Shown here piece by piece: positions 15,601-27,068 of a stretch of DNA of 64,000 bases (its first letter is position 1; each line of letters opens with the position of its first letter). A program made the position numbers and the translations under genes. The stretch comes from Chrysomallon squamiferum. Its lineage: Eukaryota; Animalia; Mollusca. The notes beneath the pieces are model-generated. The model saw nothing but the letters and a program-made list of their open reading frames with translations. It was not told the DNA's origin and searched no databases. The stretch is taken from NCBI GenBank assembly GCA_012295275.1, contig CM022672.1, positions 26,350,001 through 26,414,000 of the forward strand, given 5' to 3'.

Positions 15601-17974
15601 TTACTTGGCTCCGAAAATGATACAGAAGGATGCGGCGAGGCAGAGGTATTACTTTATTTCCTGTGCACTAAAAGTAATCTGCTCATTTAAAAACACTGCT
15701 GTAATAGCTGAATGCATGGTTACAACCTACTTTGCAAAATGACTAATTTCTGAAATTATTTCGACCAATCCTTAAGACTTAAGTTAGATTTTTATGTTTT
15801 GTAGAGACACCTCTAAGCTATTATTTATTATTACATAAAACAAAAATCAGAAGAACAAAATAAATATTTAATCATCAGTCAACTTACGACATAATTCACT
15901 TTCATTTTCCGTAGGTCACTTTCATTTTATTATATCCTCATGATCTGATGATGGAGCATGCATACTTGTGTAATATATTTGATTATATCATCTTAATCCA
16001 ATTGAATAAGTACTATAATTTTAACATAATTGATTTGTGGAAATATAATCATTGCTAAAGTTATAAAAGTATTGGGTTTAATTCATGTTTAACTTTAATA
16101 AGGATATGTCATTTTTTTAAAGAGTTTTAAATTTTAAAGGTACTTTTTAACAAGATTGATAAATATATATGTGTAAGAAATTGTTTTACTAGCAATACTT
16201 CTTGGTAGTGATAAAGGCCAGTTTTCAAAATTTTGATTTGTTCATATCAAGTTCCTAATTTTTTAGGTTTACCTGCTACTGTTCAGATGCATACTCTGCC
16301 ATAATCATCACCACCTTTCAGTATTTGTAACTGGTTTTGTTTAGTCATGGATTGTATAAATTTTGATTCATGTATAATTATTACATTATAAAAAATTATA
16401 TTTTTTTCATAAATTAAATTTTGCAGTTAAACTGAATATTGTGAACAGTGATGGTGATTATTATTTGACTGAAATTAGAAATATAAGTAAATGAATGTGA
16501 TAAGTATACTTTTATACTTGAGAAAATAAAGATTGATACTAATACTTTATTCAGTTGTTTTTTCAGAATCAATATGATTAGCAGCTATTAATTATTGCAC
16601 TTGGGAAGTTTCAGAAATTTTGCTTCTTGAAATAGTTCTTGTTAAAAGGATATCAAACATTTTAATTTGGCTACTTCCCTAATTCCATTATCATAGATTC
16701 ATAATCATACTGATCTGCATTCAGTCATGTTTTTTAATTATTATTTTTTTTTTTAAATTTAATTTGTGGTTTTTTTGTCACCAAATCCAAATCACTTTTT
16801 ATCTATCTAGATGATCTTGCAGTATACAGTAACCTATAATTAACAAATTCTATGTAAGATATTTGAGAAATTCTTAATGAAATTATTTGATAAATACTGC
16901 TAAGAATGTGTTGAAATAAAAGTTGATTCAGTCTAGGCATAATGCAAAAGCAAACTTTATTAATTTATTTTAAAATAATGTTACCTTGGTCATTACCATA
17001 AAACTGGCTATACATATTGTTTTAAGCATCTGAGGTAACTGAACATTTTTTTTATGTTTGATTGTTGACAATTTTGTAAATTTGATAAGCATTCTTCTTA
17101 AATATTAAAATCTACAGCCTTTTTTCTTATTATGTAGGTGTGTGTATACATATAAATGCACACACATACACAAACAGAACAATTGTTGTACATCTGTATT
17201 AAGATTTCAGGAAATGTATTGCACCATAGTTTTCAAGTGAAAAGTAACAGTGAAAAACAATTACTATGTTGTCAGTTTTTATTTATATAAAGATTTTTTT
17301 TTTTTTTAAACTGTTGAAATCTCATTTTATTTCTGGACAGTAATGTGCAAACTGGCAGGAAATATACTGGAAAGTTACAGAATTAAAATAAGCTGAACAA
17401 AATTAATAGAAAATATTCTGGTTTTAAGCTTTAATCTAAATTGGTTTCAAAAGTATATCTCTGAATATAATAATTTAATTTATTAAATTAATCTGTTTCA
17501 ATTTTTTAAAAAACCTCACAAAAACCCCCATTTCAGATACTATAATCACAATTAGAATAACCCTTAAAAGGTTGGTCATTTCTATCTGATAATTGGTATT
17601 CCTTTTGCTGTTACTTCTGCTGCTTAATATTTTATTATGTACTTGATTTTGATGAACATTATTCCTTTATTTTTGTTTATACCAGAGAACCTATAATTTT
17701 TTGTTATTTGACTCATATCATAATTTTGTTAATTGACACATATCATAAGATATTGATGCCTTTATCCTGTTATGATACTTAAGTCGTTTGTTTATAAAGT
17801 AGCAATAGTCTTTGTTTACTAATATTCAGCTAAGTGCATAGTGTTATTCACATAGCAGATGATTTATATAGTAGCTGGTAAGAAAATGCTACAAAATATT
17901 TTAATTATTATTGTTGTTATCATTATTATTATTTTGTATTTTAGCACATAGAAAAAATGATGGATGCAACAGAT
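9671..17974. repeat. Segmental tandem duplication, copy A (about 8.3 kb, near-identical to 18798-27068)
   Basis: Colinear from ctggtgatg(t/g)acatatgaattatc (9671/18798) to atggatgcaacagat (17974/27068). Spurious ORFs recur in both copies (9724/18851, 10981/20120, 14238/23319, 15493/24586). Only scattered substitutions and indels differ. Confidence 0.97.
10168..10250. repeat. (ATTT)n(ATTTT)n microsatellite, longer in copy B (about 19294-19395)
   Basis: Read directly; repeat number differs between the two duplication copies. Confidence 0.85.
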
Positions 17975-18789
17975 TATTAATATTAATATTTTTATTATTT
18001 TTATTATTATTCTCAGTTGAAGTCAGAAGAAAATCAATGTCAGTGTCATGCATGTCTGCAGCAACAAGGCCAGACACTTCCCATGACTCTTCCTCAACAC
18101 CCAAACTGTGAGAATCACAATGAGGACAACTGTGATAGCTCTGATGACAGCTGTTCAGAAAAAAGTTCTTCCTCATCAGCCTCCAGTCAGAAGGATGGTA
18201 GCAAATATCGTGATTGTTGCTACTGTGAATTCTTTGGTCATGGCACTGTAAGTAAATTAATGAACAGATATTCATGTCTTTTAATTCCACATTTATTTAT
18301 TTAATCAAGTTTTATTTAGTTGTCAGAAATCTCTGTGAGTAAATACTGACAGAATTAAACTTTGTTTTTGCATGCTACAAGATCCAGTATTAGTGAAAGA
18401 AATACATATTTATTTCTAAAGAAGTTATTTTATTCACTGATATTAAGAAAAATTAAACATTTTCATTTTAGCCTCCTGCTGCTCAGACAAGCAAGAACTA
18501 TGCAGAGATGAGAGAAAGATTGAGAAGACGACTCAAGAGAAGGGTTAGTTACTTTCTATAATGATTTTCACGGAATATTGAAAACTTAATCTATCACATT
18601 TGTTTATCATTTATTTTCAAATATTTTAATTAGAAAAAGCAATTAAATTTTACTCATAATATATCCATTTCATAGCAAACAGAAGATGGGAAAGAAGACA
18701 ATGTCCATGATGCTGATCCTTTGGAGATGAAAGGTCTAGAAGAATTGCTGAGGTTCATAAATGGAACAGAAATGGAGAATAAAGTCTAG
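15493..18789 (+). pseudogene. Truncated, internally deleted FAM193A duplicate (pseudogene or candidate 189-aa mini-gene)
   Basis: Exon 1 copy 15493-15645; first 30 nt of exon 2 (17945-17974) fused to intron 13 sequence; shortened exon 14 copy 18017-18247; exon 15 copy 18472-18543; partial exon 16 copy 18676-18775, then TAG at 18787-18789. Splice dinucleotides are intact. Confidence 0.85.
17973..18775. repeat. Duplicated mosaic of 33952-34079 plus 35062-35755 (lacking 35648-35665)
   Basis: Direct match to FAM193A exons 14-16 and introns 14-15. ORF 18017 (95 aa) equals ORF 33996 (423 aa) minus 328 codons. Confidence 0.95.
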
Positions 18790-18797
18790 AAGAATTG

Positions 18798-19295
18798 CTG
18801 GTGATGGACATATGAATTATCAGCGATCTTTACCCAGGAAGATATTTCTGTCATCTGACAGAGGAAACTTTGGAAAGAGATATAGATTTAATGACTTCAC
18901 TATATATATCCGTTAATTGGTTGTGCTTAGCATTAATGTTTTGTGTACATTTATGAGTGATAAGTATGTCAGGTTGAGAGGTATGTTCTGCAAGTGTTGG
19001 TGAAAATGAAAACATGATTATCACTGTAATTTTCATTCCATGTCAGTGTATATTTTTGATCTCTTTGTGTTTTAGAGTGAACATTTAAGTAATATATTGT
19101 GTTTGGTAACATCAAGAAAGGCGAGACAATTCCACCTCAGAAAATAAATTCTGTCTGTAGTAAAGTTCTGGACATAATGTAGACGACTACCAAAAGAAAG
19201 ATAAGAAAAAGAATTCAACTTACAGTAAGGTTACTGTTGATCATGTTAAGACAGGATTTTCCTATATGACTGGAAATTTTTAGTTAACAAAACAT

Positions 19296-19338
<43 letters not shown>

Positions 19339-22300
19339 TTTTATTTTATTTTATTTTATTTTATTTTATTATTATTATTTTTTATTTTATTATTAATATA
19401 TAATGTTTTTTAAATTTCTGTTTGTAAGTATTTTAAGATATTTTACAGTATTTGTATTTATTAATTTTATTATGTAAATTTTAAATCAGAACAACACCTA
19501 AACATAACACCAACTACTGTATTGTTATAATTCAGTTATAAAATACTTTAATACAGAGAAAGGTGGTCCAGTGAAGCAACAAAAATGGTGGTGTTTTTTT
19601 GTTGTTGTTTTGGTGAATATGTATATTTGGAATTTTTTTTCTCAGGTGTATATGTTTTCATATTATGAATTGTCCAGACAGCTTGCCATATAGCAGTGTA
19701 ACTGATTTAGAAATTTTAGAGTTGTAGCTGTTGCTTTCTTTCTGTCTTTTATTATTATCACAATTTGTTTTTCTTTTTCACTTTTTGTTTTCAGTGATAA
19801 TTAAACTGATTATTTTTTCAATGCTGTAGCATTTTTTAATTCATATTTGTTGTCTTAAAACAATAATTTGATAGATTTTGTACTCTAGGGATAAAATAGT
19901 GAGGCTGAAATGAAAGTAAAGTGAGAGACACAATAATTTTCTGAATCCTGCTTGTTCTGCTAACAATTTCAAGCTTTGAAAATATAATAATTGACTAATC
20001 TACCATAGATTCGTTGATTTTAATGGCAGTTATGAATATTTTTCTTTTTTGTTGTTTTGGGATATTTTATTAAGACAATTTTCCTTTATTTTATGCATGC
20101 ATGATAAATGAACTAAGAAATGTGCAAGTTTAGTACTTTCTTAACAGTACATTGTATACATACTGTGTTTGATGTGTCATCATGCAGAGGATGTACTTTG
20201 TTTTTTGTCATTCATGTTCATTTACAAATAAAAACTAAAAATAACATTATTACTACTTATTATTTTCTCAATCCTTTCCATCTTTATTCCCTCTACACTG
20301 TTTCCATACACACTGAATTATATATTTTGAAAAGTAGTATTACTAATTGTATATTTGTGCAGAATCTTTATTCTTTTTGTTTGTATTTTTTTGTTTTTTT
20401 TTGATGATTATTCGAAGGGTAGTTTGAATTGTGTATTAATACTCTGTATATTTATGATCACGATTACAATATTGATTATGTTACCCAGAGATAATAACTG
20501 TATAAATTTGGTAGTTTGCTGTACAGTTTGTATTACATTGTGATGTTAGATTCCTTTTTCTTTTCTTTCTTTTTTTGTGTGTGTATTTCTTTTTTCATTT
20601 TATTAACCAGTACTAACCAAATGCACAGAAAGTAATAATGGAAGAGCCTGTAGATTGTTCCTTCAGCCAGTGTGTTGGATAGAATATATATTATTTGAAG
20701 AATTATAATATTAGTTAATTTCTCATCATGGAGAAAAACTTCAGAAGTAGATTATTTAACATGTTTGACTTTCTGTTTTTCGTTACGTTTATTTTTTCTT
20801 TTGTTTTAGAAAATATTTAAGCACAATTGATGAATAAGCACAGCTGATGTTACTTATTTTAGAAGAAGACAAATAAAATATAAGAACTGTGTTCACCGTT
20901 TTACAGGCTTAATTTAGATTATTTTATTTCAGTTTAAAGCTTTCCAGTGTATTTGTCTTAAGTGGATACACTCATCAATACTATGTTATTTCATCCCTTA
21001 CTATAAACACTTTGAATATCAACTTTAAAGACTGTTCATCATTTAAGGAAGACTAAAATGCAAAACAAAGTACAAAAATAAGTAAAAACAAAAATAGTGA
21101 GAAAACGGACCTGTATGGGTGGATATTGTATTTCTACAGCAGTTTGATGATGACTGTTAAATTCTGCTACTAGGGTGAAATCGAACTAATGTGGATCCAA
21201 ACTCTTGATAATGTAAAGTGTAGGGTCATGTAATATTGATTGAGCTGGATAATTGTATGAAAGAGAAGGCCTAAAAAAAAAAGAAGCCAAATACTGTTAA
21301 TATGTGTAACTAAATTGACTAAATTCACATTATGGGAAGATAAAGTAAAGAAATAAGTGAGGCTAATTATCATCATGTCTGAATTTTTATTATTTCAAAA
21401 CAATAATAAGAGATCAATAGCAAAATCAACTGTTCATTACAAATTATGAAATAATGACATTTTTCTTACAAATTTAGATAAACTTTACCAAACACAATCA
21501 GCATGAATCATTGTTCTGCAGTCATTATTATACAACAGAAATGTTTCAAGTTTTGTTTTGTTTTGGTAATATTAATATGCAGTATGTTTTTTTTGTTTTT
21601 TTTTTTTTAAAAAGAAGTTAATAGTAAATTAGCAATTTGAATAAAATGTTTGGGTGGTTTGGACCTCCTAAAACTATTTCAGTTACTTAATCATTTTAAC
21701 TTGCTCGTTCACACTATATAGTTTTCTGCAAATCTTTTTTTTTTCTCTAAGTTTTCATACCTATCTTTCATACAGTATTAAGCTTTTTGAATTATCAAAA
21801 ATATTATAAAAAATACTTGTATTTTCGGTTTAACAAAGATGTTACCAAGGTCAGACAAATGAATGTAACTGATATTTCAATGCAGTGTTTTGTGTTTTAC
21901 CACTATATTTTATAGCTGACGTTTACTAAACATTGTTTTATAAAGCTTCTTACATATCTACAGATATGTTTAATGTCACTGGATCTTCCTATAATAAACA
22001 TTATCATCACATCTGTTGGTTATTTTTATTTTTTTCTATTTTTTTTATAATGGATAAAACTTGCTGTATTAGTAAGCTGGTATTTAAATAGTACAGTAGA
22101 TTTTAAAATTAAATTTGTGTATCAATGTTTTAAACTATATTCAAGATCTTTCAATGGATTTTTTAAAAAAGCACAGAACTTGTAATTTACTTATTCACTT
22201 TTATTTCTCTACCATTTTAAAATACATTGAGAAAGTGTTTTCAAAAGGATAATATAAGGCAGTGACTAAGCATTTGTCTAAAAAGAAAGTTGAGTTACAT

Positions 22301-25300
22301 ATCCTGTAACATTATAATCTAAACTGTGGTATGTGCTTTCCTCCATTGGGAAAATTTATAAAACACCTCTAATCTATAAAAATATTTTGTTGACAGTACC
22401 TCAATTCTAATATGATGATCATCATAAATGATACTGGATAATCATAAACAACAGGAGTGGATAACTGGTGGTTTCTCATTGTCACAGAACCCATTACTCA
22501 GTAAATATATGTGTGTGTGTATGTATAAATTTGATGTTAATGTGTGTACCCTCATGCTCTAAATGACATTCCAGCTGAAGTTGGATGACAGTTTCACATC
22601 TTGCTTTGCTCATGCAATGGATATGGGGGAAAATAACTGTAAAATTTATCATTTCAAATTATAAACATCTACATATTGTTTCAGAACCTTCCCCTTAGCT
22701 AAAGTATAATCCATCACTGAATAATTACAAAAGGTATTGGACATTAGTATATCCTATCTTTGCCAACATCTTTATGAGTAAAAATGATCTTCATCTTGTA
22801 TCAATGATTTTCAGATGATTTTCAAACCAATTTTCATAACTTCAAACAGAATAAAGCATATTTAGTATTTTTAATTTAATAAATAAATGTTCATTATCCA
22901 GAAAAATTATGTTATGAAGTTGTCACTAAACTGGAGATCAAGAAGACTTTTAAAAGATTTTAATTACTTATGTTTGAAAATAAATTAAAAAGACTTTTTT
23001 TTTTTTTAATAGATTAACTTTATGTCATGGAGATGCAACTAATAAATCATTGTCAGTTTTTGAAACAAGATCAGACTTAACATATACTACGATGTATTAC
23101 CAAGATGATATGCAATAAAGGATACTCAGCAAATAGCCACTACTATTAAAAGAATGAAACGATCATTGACCCCAACTGGTTTATCTGTTATCGTTCCAGA
23201 ATTTGTAGTGTTCAAGTTTTCTGAATCAAACCTGACTCTTCAAATAACATAATAAAATAAATAAACAATAAATGATAGGACCTTTCTTGAGCTAATGATG
23301 TTACATTAATAATATTGTATGTTAAGTCACATTATATCTGTCCCTTCACACCAAAATCCTGGTTGTGAAATCACTAGACCAAGATTCTTTTTTCTTATCA
23401 TTTCAAGTAAAGCAATTGTTTCAGTTCACAACCTGTTGTTTATGCTCACATCATTGTTCATTCACAAATGCTTATCTAAAATACAGCCAATCACATGGTT
23501 ACTTGTTCTTTTGTCATCAGATTCATCATTACCCACATTTATAAAGTTATAAAAATAAGCATAGATTGAAATTCTGTTGTATGCATTGTTACATAAAACA
23601 CTTCTTTCTTACAGTTTCATAATTTTATGCTAGTTCTTTTATCCTCAGACATCAGCTTTGAATATAAACTATATTTTATGTCATGTATATATTATAAAAC
23701 TCTGATGTTATCATCTATTTAGAAAAATAATATGAATTTAAAATTAAAAAAAAACTACCAGTATAAGACAAGAAAATATGTATATTGGAACAAAATTATG
23801 TATTTTTAACAAATAAACAGTGAAATTTAGGCATGTGATAACTTTGGGTCTCAACATAAAGAGGCTTAAATTATAATTTTTCTTAATTTATTAGAATTAT
23901 TAGAATTTATATTTAACTAACAAGTAAATTATATTAATTAACATCTGCTAAATAACAATTAACAGAAAATAAATAAATAAATATAAAAATATAAAGCAGA
24001 AAATAAACGTTTATCCTCATCAGATAAAACTAAACTGCAATATTATTTTTCTATATATCCGTGCGTGACTTGAGGTAATATTAAAATTATCATCATTATT
24101 ATTATTATGTATACTACATCACTAAAAGGGTATTATTGTACTATATTATCTATGTTATAATGTTACGTGGGCAAAATACGAATCGAGTCAAACGTATTTA
24201 AGTTACTTGGAATAAAGAACAGTATTTATGTATTATTTTAATCCATGGAAGAGAAGGATATCTGAACTAATTAAGTAACAGCCATCGGAGCGAGAATGTC
24301 GACATTTGATTAAAAAAAGAAAAAAAGAAGAAAAAAAAGAAAACAACTTTGAAAAAGCACATAATATTTTTTGAAACAGACACAAATCTGAAATAAGCGA
24401 GTAATTCCCCTTTGAGCACTGCCTACCAACAAAGACTTGTGGGTAATTTCTAGCAAGTGTCCGCCATATTTGTTGGAATGTCTTAAGTTGACAGCTATTG
24501 TTAATGTGGCTGCTAAAGTATTACTTGAGCTCTGAATAGTTACTAACCAGTCATTCTTTTTCAATCGGGTGCCTAACCCACTAAAATGAGTGCAGTAGAC
24601 AGCAAAAAATCGAAGCGACGAAAGAACAAGTCAACGGTTGTCAAAACGAATGCATCGAGTTCCAGTGCCAATGGCCCCGTCTCAAATGATGTTTTACTTG
24701 GTTCCGAAAATGATACAGAAGGATGCGGCGAGGCAGAGGTATTACTTTATTTCCTGTGCACTAAAAGTAATCTGCTCATTTAAAAACACTGCTGTAATAG
24801 CTGAATGCATGGTTGCAACCTACTTTGCAAAATGACTAATTTCTGAAATTATTTCGACCAATCCTTAAGACTTAAGTTAGATTTTTATGTTTTGTAGAGA
24901 CACCTCTAAGCTATTATTTATTATTACATAAAACAAAAATCAGAAGAACAAAATAAATATTTAATCATCAGTCAACCTACGACATAATTCACTTTCATTT
25001 TCCGTAGGTCACTTTCATTTTATTATATCCTCATGATCTGATGATGGAGCATGCATACTTGTGTAATATATTTGATTATATCATCTTAATCCAATTGAAT
25101 AAGTACTATAATTTTAACATAATTGATTTGTGGAAATATAATCATTGCTAAAGTTATAAAAGTATTGGGTTTAATTCATGTTTAACTTTAATAAGGATAT
25201 GTCATTTTTTAAAGAGTTTTAAATTTTAAAGGTACTTTTTAACAAGATTGATAAATATATATGTGTAAGAAATTGTTTTACTAGCAATACTTCTTGGTAG

Positions 25301-27068
25301 TGATAAAGGCCAGTTTTCAAAATTTTGATTTGTTCATATCAAGTTCCTAATTTTTTTAGGTTTACCTGCTACTGTTCAGATGCATACTCTGCCATAATCA
25401 TCACCACCTTTCAGTATTTGTAACTGGTTTTGTTTAGTCATGGATTGTATAAATTTTGATTCATGTATAATTATTACATTATAAAAAATTATATTTTTTT
25501 CATAAATTAAATTTTGCAGTTAAACTGAATATTGTGAACAGTGATGGTGATTATTATTTGACTGAAATTAGAAATATAAGTAAATGAATGTGATAAGTAT
25601 ACTTTTATACTTGAGAAAATAAAGATTGATACTAATACTTTATTCAGTTGTTTTTTCAGAATCAATATGATTAGCAGCTATTAATTATTGCACTTGGGAA
25701 GTTTCAGAAATTTTGCTTCTTGAAATAGTTCTTGTTAAAAGGATATCAAACATTTTAATTTGGCTACTTCCCTAATTCCATTATCATAGATTCATAATCA
25801 TACTGATCTGCATTCAGTCATGTTTTTTTAATTATTATTATTTTTTTTAAATTTAATTTGTGGTTTTTTTGTCACCAAATCCAAATCACTTTTTATCTAT
25901 CTAGATGATCTTGCAGTATACAGTAACCTATAATTAACAAATTCTATGTAAGATATTTGAGAAATTCTTAATGAAATTATTTGATAAATACTGCTAAGAA
26001 TGTGTTGAAATAAAAGTTGATTCAGTCTAGGCATAATGCAAAAGCAAACTTTATTAATTTATTTTAAAATAATGTTACCTTGGTCATTACCATAAAACTG
26101 GCTATACATATTGTTTTAAGCATCTGAGGTAACTGAACATTTTTTTTATGTTTGATTGTTGACAATTTTGTAAATTTGATAAGCATTCTTCTTAAATATT
26201 AAAATCTACAGCCTTTTTTCTTATTATGTAGGTGTGTGTATACATATAAATGCACACACATACACAAACAGAACAATTGTTGTACATCTGTATTAAGATT
26301 TCAGGAAATGTATTGCACCATAGTTTTCAAGTGAAAAGTAACAGTGAAAAACAATTACTATGTTGTCAGTTTTTATTTATATAAAGATTTTTTTTTTTTT
26401 AAACTGTTGAAATCTCATTTTATTTCTGGACAGTAATGTGCAAACTGGCAGGAAATACACTGGAAAGTTACAGAATTAAAATAAGCTGAACAAAATTAAT
26501 AGAAAATATTCTGGTTTTAAGCTTTAATCTAAATTGGTTTCAAAAGTATATCTCTGAATATATATAATTTAATTTATTAAATTAATCTGTTTCAATTTTT
26601 TAAAAAACCTCACAAAAACCCCCATTTCAGATACTATAATCACAATTAGAATAACCCTTAAAAGGTTGGTCATTTCTATCTGATAATTGGTATTCCTTTT
26701 GCTGTTACTTCTGCTGCTTAATATTTTATTATGTACTTGATTTTGATGAACATTATTCCTTTATTTTTGTTTATACCAGAGAACCTATAATTTTTTGTTA
26801 TTTGACTCATATCATAATTTTGTTAATTGACACATATCATAAGATATTGATGCCTTTATCCTGTTATGATACTTAAGTCGTTTGTTTATAAAGTAGCAAT
26901 AGTCTTTGTTTACTAATATTCAGCTAAGTGCATAGTGTTATTCACATAGCAGATGATTTATATAGTAGCTGGTAAGAAAATGCTACAAAATATTTTAATT
27001 ATTATTGTTGTTATCATTATTATTATTTTGTATTTTAGCACATAGAAAAAATGATGGATGCAACAGAT
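18798..27068. repeat. Segmental tandem duplication, copy B (carries the promoter, exon 1 and intron 1 of the intact FAM193A)
   Basis: Same alignment as copy A; the offset drifts from 9127 to 9094 through small indels. Confidence 0.97.
24461..24470 (+). promoter_or_regulatory. YY1-type motif CCGCCATATT in the FAM193A promoter/5'UTR (second copy at 15368-15377)
   Basis: Matches the CCGCCATNTT consensus about 120 nt upstream of the ATG in a locally CpG-enriched stretch. Confidence 0.45.
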
